Below, in pieces: positions 38,640-42,035 of a stretch of 42,035 nucleotides of DNA. The notes beneath the pieces were generated by a model. It did no database searches. It saw only the letters and a program-made list of their open reading frames with translations, and had not been told where the DNA came from. Position numbers and translations under genes: made by a program. The number at the start of each line of letters is the position of its first letter. Position 1 is the first letter of the stretch. Origin of the DNA: an uncultured Nitrospirota bacterium (lineage in GTDB: Bacteria; Nitrospirota; Thermodesulfovibrionia; Thermodesulfovibrionales; CALJEL01); contig CAMTWD010000028.1 of NCBI GenBank assembly GCA_947085365.1, positions 1 to 42,035 of the forward strand, read 5' to 3'.

Positions 38640-38659
38640 CTTCAGCCATTAACCTTATT

Positions 38660-38676
38660 GGTGGCGAAGTAACAGT
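38660..38676 (+). repeat. Repeat between nuoD and nuoEF
   Basis: GGTGGCGAAGTAACAGT. Confidence 0.9.
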
Positions 38677-38694
38677 ATGTCTGCCTTCCCTCTG

Positions 38695-39918
38695 TTATCT
38701 ATCACATTCCCCAAGGACTATATCAATTGTGCCGATGTTTGCAATAACATCCGCAACGAGATGCCCCTCACAGAGTCTTGGTAAGACCGAGGCATGAACA
38801 AAGGAAGGTGACCTGAGCCTGAGCCTGTAGGGTCTCCCTGTGCCGTCACTCACAATATAAAATCCCAGCTCTCCCTTGGGTGCCTCTATGGCTGAATAGA
38901 TCTCTCCTTCTGGGGCAGCTATGGGCCCTTTGGTGACGAGGACAAAATGATGTATAAGGGATTCCATATCAGACATAACCCTATCCTTTGGTGGTAGAGT
39001 AAACTTTGGTGCATCCGGTGTCATTATGGGGCCTTTTGGCATCCTCTCAATACACTGCCTTATTATCCTGTTTGACTGCCTGAGTTCCTCCATCCTCACA
39101 CGATACCTATCATAGACATCCCCGTTCTTTCCAATAGGCACATCGAAATCAACCCACTCATAGGCATCATAGGGTGCAAATCTTCTCACATCATAGGGAA
39201 CCCCTGAACCCCTGAGCACTGGTCCTGTAAGACCCCAGTTTATTGCCTCTTCAGCAGAGATGACACCTATACCTTTTGTCCTCTGAAGCCATATCCTGTT
39301 CTGATCTATGAGGGTCTCGTATTCTTCTATCCTCTTCGGAAACTCCTCTGTAAACTCATATAGGCTGTCAAGAAACTCCTCTGTCACATCATTTCTTACA
39401 CCGCCTATCCTTGGATAACTTGTTGTGAGTCTTGCACCTGAGAGCTGTTCAAAGAGATCAAGTATCCACTCCCTTTCCCTGAAGGCATAAAGAAATACTG
39501 TCATGGCACCTATATCAAGGGCATGGGTAGCAAGCCAGAGTAGATGACCTGATATCCTTGCCATCTCAGAGACGATTGTCCTGATAAACTTTGCCCTTGG
39601 AGGCGCTTCAATCCCGAAGAGTCTTTCCACAGCAAGGACATATCCCACATTGTTAGCCATGGATACAATGTAGTCAAGCCTGTCTGAAAGGGGAAGGGCA
39701 TTAAGATAGGTCCTATGTTCACAGAGCTTTTCAGTTCCTCTGTGAAGATATCCCACATAGGGTGTGCATTTCACAACTGTCTCACCATCAAGTTCAAGGA
39801 CGAGCCTCAAGACCCCGTGGGTAGAGGGATGCTGAGGCCCCATATTCACTAAGATCTCTTTTGTCTTAAGACCTGAACGAATCTCTTCTTTCTGTTTCTC
39901 AACTACGGTATCACTCAT
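38695..39918 (-). CDS. nuoD: NADH-quinone oxidoreductase subunit D
   Basis: [37 protein letters not shown]. Confidence 0.97.
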   Translation of the reverse strand: MSDTVVEKQKEEIRSGLKTKEILVNMGPQHPSTHGVLRLVLELDGETVVKCTPYVGYLHRGTEKLCEHRTYLNALPLSDRLDYIVSMANNVGYVLAVERLFGIEAPPRAKFIRTIVSEMARISGHLLWLATHALDIGAMTVFLYAFREREWILDLFEQLSGARLTTSYPRIGGVRNDVTEEFLDSLYEFTEEFPKRIEEYETLIDQNRIWLQRTKGIGVISAEEAINWGLTGPVLRGSGVPYDVRRFAPYDAYEWVDFDVPIGKNGDVYDRYRVRMEELRQSNRIIRQCIERMPKGPIMTPDAPKFTLPPKDRVMSDMESLIHHFVLVTKGPIAAPEGEIYSAIEAPKGELGFYIVSDGTGRPYRLRLRSPSFVHASVLPRLCEGHLVADVIANIGTIDIVLGECDR

Positions 39919-40463
39919 TGAGCCTCTCCATACCAGTCGTATCTTCTGTTGCGTCTGCTTAATTCAAGAACCTCCCTGAATCCCCTCCAGTCCCTTTCAC
40001 CCTTATATCCTTCAAGGGGGTAGTCCTTTCTTAACGGATGGCCCTCCCAGTCCTCTGGCAGAAGGATTCGTCTCAGATCAGGGTGGCCCCTGAAGGTAAT
40101 ACCAAACATATCATAACACTCCCTTTCATGCCAGTCCGCACCTCTGTAAATAGGAACAACTGTATCAATTACAGGATCTTCCTCAGGGACCTCTGCCTTT
40201 ATTCTTATCATATGTCTGAATTTTATGGAATAGAGATGATAGACCACCTCAAATCTCGGAACCTTCTTCCCGAGATAGTCCACAGCTGTAAGATCCTTTA
40301 GAAAATCCATCTGTATCTCAGGTTCCTCTTTCAGGAATCTTATTATCTTGAGAATGTTGTCCCTCTTTACAATAACAGAAACCTGGTTCCTGAATTCCCT
40401 TATCTCCTTCACATCTTCAGAAAACCTTTCTTTAAGAAGACCTGCTATCTGAAGGGGCTCCAT
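39915..40463 (-). CDS. nuoC: NADH-quinone oxidoreductase subunit C
   Basis: [19 protein letters not shown]....[10 protein letters not shown]. Confidence 0.96.
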   Translation of the reverse strand: MEPLQIAGLLKERFSEDVKEIREFRNQVSVIVKRDNILKIIRFLKEEPEIQMDFLKDLTAVDYLGKKVPRFEVVYHLYSIKFRHMIRIKAEVPEEDPVIDTVVPIYRGADWHERECYDMFGITFRGHPDLRRILLPEDWEGHPLRKDYPLEGYKGERDWRGFREVLELSRRNRRYDWYGEAQ

Positions 40464-40972
40464 CTCATACGCTCCTTTTTAATCTTTTCCTGAAGCTTCA
40501 GTATTCCATACATGAGTGCCTCAGGCCTTGGAGGACATCCAGGAACATAAACATCCACTGGCAGGAAACTATCACAGCCCTGCACAACAGAGTAGGTATT
40601 GTAGATGCCGCCCGAGCAGGCACAACTTCCCATGGCAATAACATATCTTGGCTCTGGCATCTGGTCATAAACCCTTCTTACAATAGGGGCCATCTTCTTT
40701 GTCACAGTCCCTGCCACTATCATGAAGTCTGCCTGTCTTGGAGATCCCCTGAATATTATGCCAAATCTATCAAGGTCATAATGGCTTGAACCAGTTGTCA
40801 TCATCTCGATGGAACAGCAGGCAAGTCCGAATGTGACAGGCCAGAGTGAAGAGGCCCTTCCCCAGTTTATGATCTTATCAAGGGTGGTGATTATTGTATT
40901 TGCACCAGGAATTATCTTAATGCCCTTTTCAACCTCTACAAGGTCTACTGCTGTATCTATAATTAATCCCAT
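40445..40972 (-). CDS. nuoB: NADH-quinone oxidoreductase subunit B
   Basis: [31 protein letters not shown]. Confidence 0.97.
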   Translation of the reverse strand: MGLIIDTAVDLVEVEKGIKIIPGANTIITTLDKIINWGRASSLWPVTFGLACCSIEMMTTGSSHYDLDRFGIIFRGSPRQADFMIVAGTVTKKMAPIVRRVYDQMPEPRYVIAMGSCACSGGIYNTYSVVQGCDSFLPVDVYVPGCPPRPEALMYGILKLQEKIKKERMRWSPFR

Positions 40973-41334
40973 CGAAAGGCCCCCTTTCTCCAGGCATAGA
41001 TGTATCCTGCAAAGAGCACTAAAAGAAAGATAACCATCTCTATGAAGGCAAAAAGACCGAGTTTATCAAATACAATCGCCCATGGATAGAGGAATATAGC
41101 CTCCACATCAAATATCACAAAGAGCATGGCAATAATATAAAATCTAACGGAGAACCTGTATCTTGGCTCTCCCACAGGCGTAATACCTGACTCATAGGGC
41201 ATCAGTTTTTCTGGATAGGGTCTTCGGGGCCTAAGGAGGGAGGCAAATAGGAGTATGCCAACAGCCATTAAAGAGGCAAGAATTATAAAGACAAGTACTG
41301 GAAGATATTCACCCGGCATATATAAACCTGGCAT
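40963..41334 (-). CDS. nuoA: NADH-quinone oxidoreductase subunit A (start 41334 or 41319)
   Basis: [25 protein letters not shown]. Confidence 0.94.
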   Translation of the reverse strand: MPGLYMPGEYLPVLVFIILASLMAVGILLFASLLRPRRPYPEKLMPYESGITPVGEPRYRFSVRFYIIAMLFVIFDVEAIFLYPWAIVFDKLGLFAFIEMVIFLLVLFAGYIYAWRKGAFRWD

Positions 41335-41340
41335 AGGGAT

Positions 41341-41370
41341 TTTATACACCAATCCCTTTACCTTTGTCAA
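41341..41370 (-). promoter_or_regulatory. Putative sigma70 promoter of the nuo operon
   Basis: TTGACA-18 nt-TATAAA on the minus strand, 6 nt before ATG 41334. Confidence 0.5.
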
Positions 41371-41486
41371 TAGAATACCTCTTTCCGGTTAGGACGCCGT
41401 CTTAGGGTAAAAATAAACCATGGAATTATACTGACCCCATGCGGGATGTATTGCCTTGAAGGGCTACTGTGTTGTATCATTCAGAT

Positions 41487-42035
41487 ATGGTGGGGGAGGC
41501 CTTAAGAAAGGCGAGGGTCTCAAAGGGCATCAGCCTGGAAAAGGCCTCCTCTGACCTGAAGATAAGGGCCACCTACCTTAATGCCCTTGAAGAGGAAAGG
41601 TTTGATCAGTTCCCTGCAGATGTGTATACAATGGGTTATCTCAGGGCCTATGCCCAGTATCTCGGTCTTGAGGCAGGGCCTTTGATTGAGGAATTCAAGA
41701 AGATAAATGCCCAGAGGCTTCAAGGGCCATTCCTGACTGTTACCCCTCCACCTATCCATGAAAATAGCAAGGTTCAAGGGTCACTACAAAGGCTTAGAGA
41801 GGTGGTTCTGAAAAGTTGTGTACCCATGATAGTTTTACTATTATCTGCCCTCCTGCTCTTCTTCATATTTAAAACTACAACCATCAAAGAATCATTAAAA
41901 GAAGAAGCTAAGATCCCCTTACCCGTTTTTACATCTCCCCCAACGGCTCAGGAATCCCTGACTGTTACTTCTCCACTTATTAATGAACATATCCTGAAGA
42001 TAACAGCCACTGAGCTCACATGGCTTCTCATAGAA
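41487..42035 (+). CDS. rodZ: RodZ-like protein (HTH, TM, DUF4115), truncated by the window end
   Basis: MVGEALRKAR..KGISLE.....KIR..YL.ALEE..F...P..VY..GYLR.YA.YLGL, a TM segment, then HILKITATELTW. Confidence 0.85.
   Translation, partial: MVGEALRKARVSKGISLEKASSDLKIRATYLNALEEERFDQFPADVYTMGYLRAYAQYLGLEAGPLIEEFKKINAQRLQGPFLTVTPPPIHENSKVQGSLQRLREVVLKSCVPMIVLLLSALLLFFIFKTTTIKESLKEEAKIPLPVFTSPPTAQESLTVTSPLINEHILKITATELTWLLIE
41736..41977 (-). repeat. Two degenerate repeats in frame in rodZ linkers (TVTPPP, TVTSPL)
   Basis: ACTGTTACCCCTCCACC at 41736 and ACTGTTACTTCTCCACT at 41961. Confidence 0.75.

Noticed and set aside
2410-41033. Numerous short ORFs overlapping or antisense to recognised genes (e.g. 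2410, 3254, 22874, 26036, 33813, 35880)
   Set aside because: They have no recognisable motifs and are shadows of well-supported genes.
41520-41777. 85-aa minus-strand ORF
   Set aside because: Antisense shadow of the rodZ-like gene on the plus strand.

Overview
This window is bacterial chromosome; gene content and order suggest an anaerobe of Nitrospirota/Thermodesulfovibrionia type (inference, not searched). It holds mostly housekeeping and energy genes: an MtrAB/Pcc-like porin-multiheme cytochrome cluster, rfaE2-nudix-rseP-dxr-cdsA-uppS, pheA-hisC-aroF-aconitase, ferredoxin-RACo(ASKHA)-hisI-HIT, hfq-mqnB-dgt, a complete nuo operon with nuoE fused to nuoF, and a partial rodZ. The most unusual feature is a non-palindromic 18-bp repeat, AACTGTTAC(C/T)TCGCCAC(C/T). 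I count about 45 full, degenerate or partial copies by eye, in both orientations, singly or as head-to-tail pairs. Many copies sit in frame inside genes and read TVTSP(P/L) or (G/S)GEVTV (NuoG, NuoN, NuoH, NuoI, NuoEF, aconitase, RACo, porin, RodZ). Others sit at gene junctions and overlap start codons, stop codons or RBS-like sequence. Three copies are joined to a conserved ~45-bp GC-rich hairpin that shows compensatory changes. No transposase or reverse transcriptase is encoded in this window, so the mechanism of spread is unknown.
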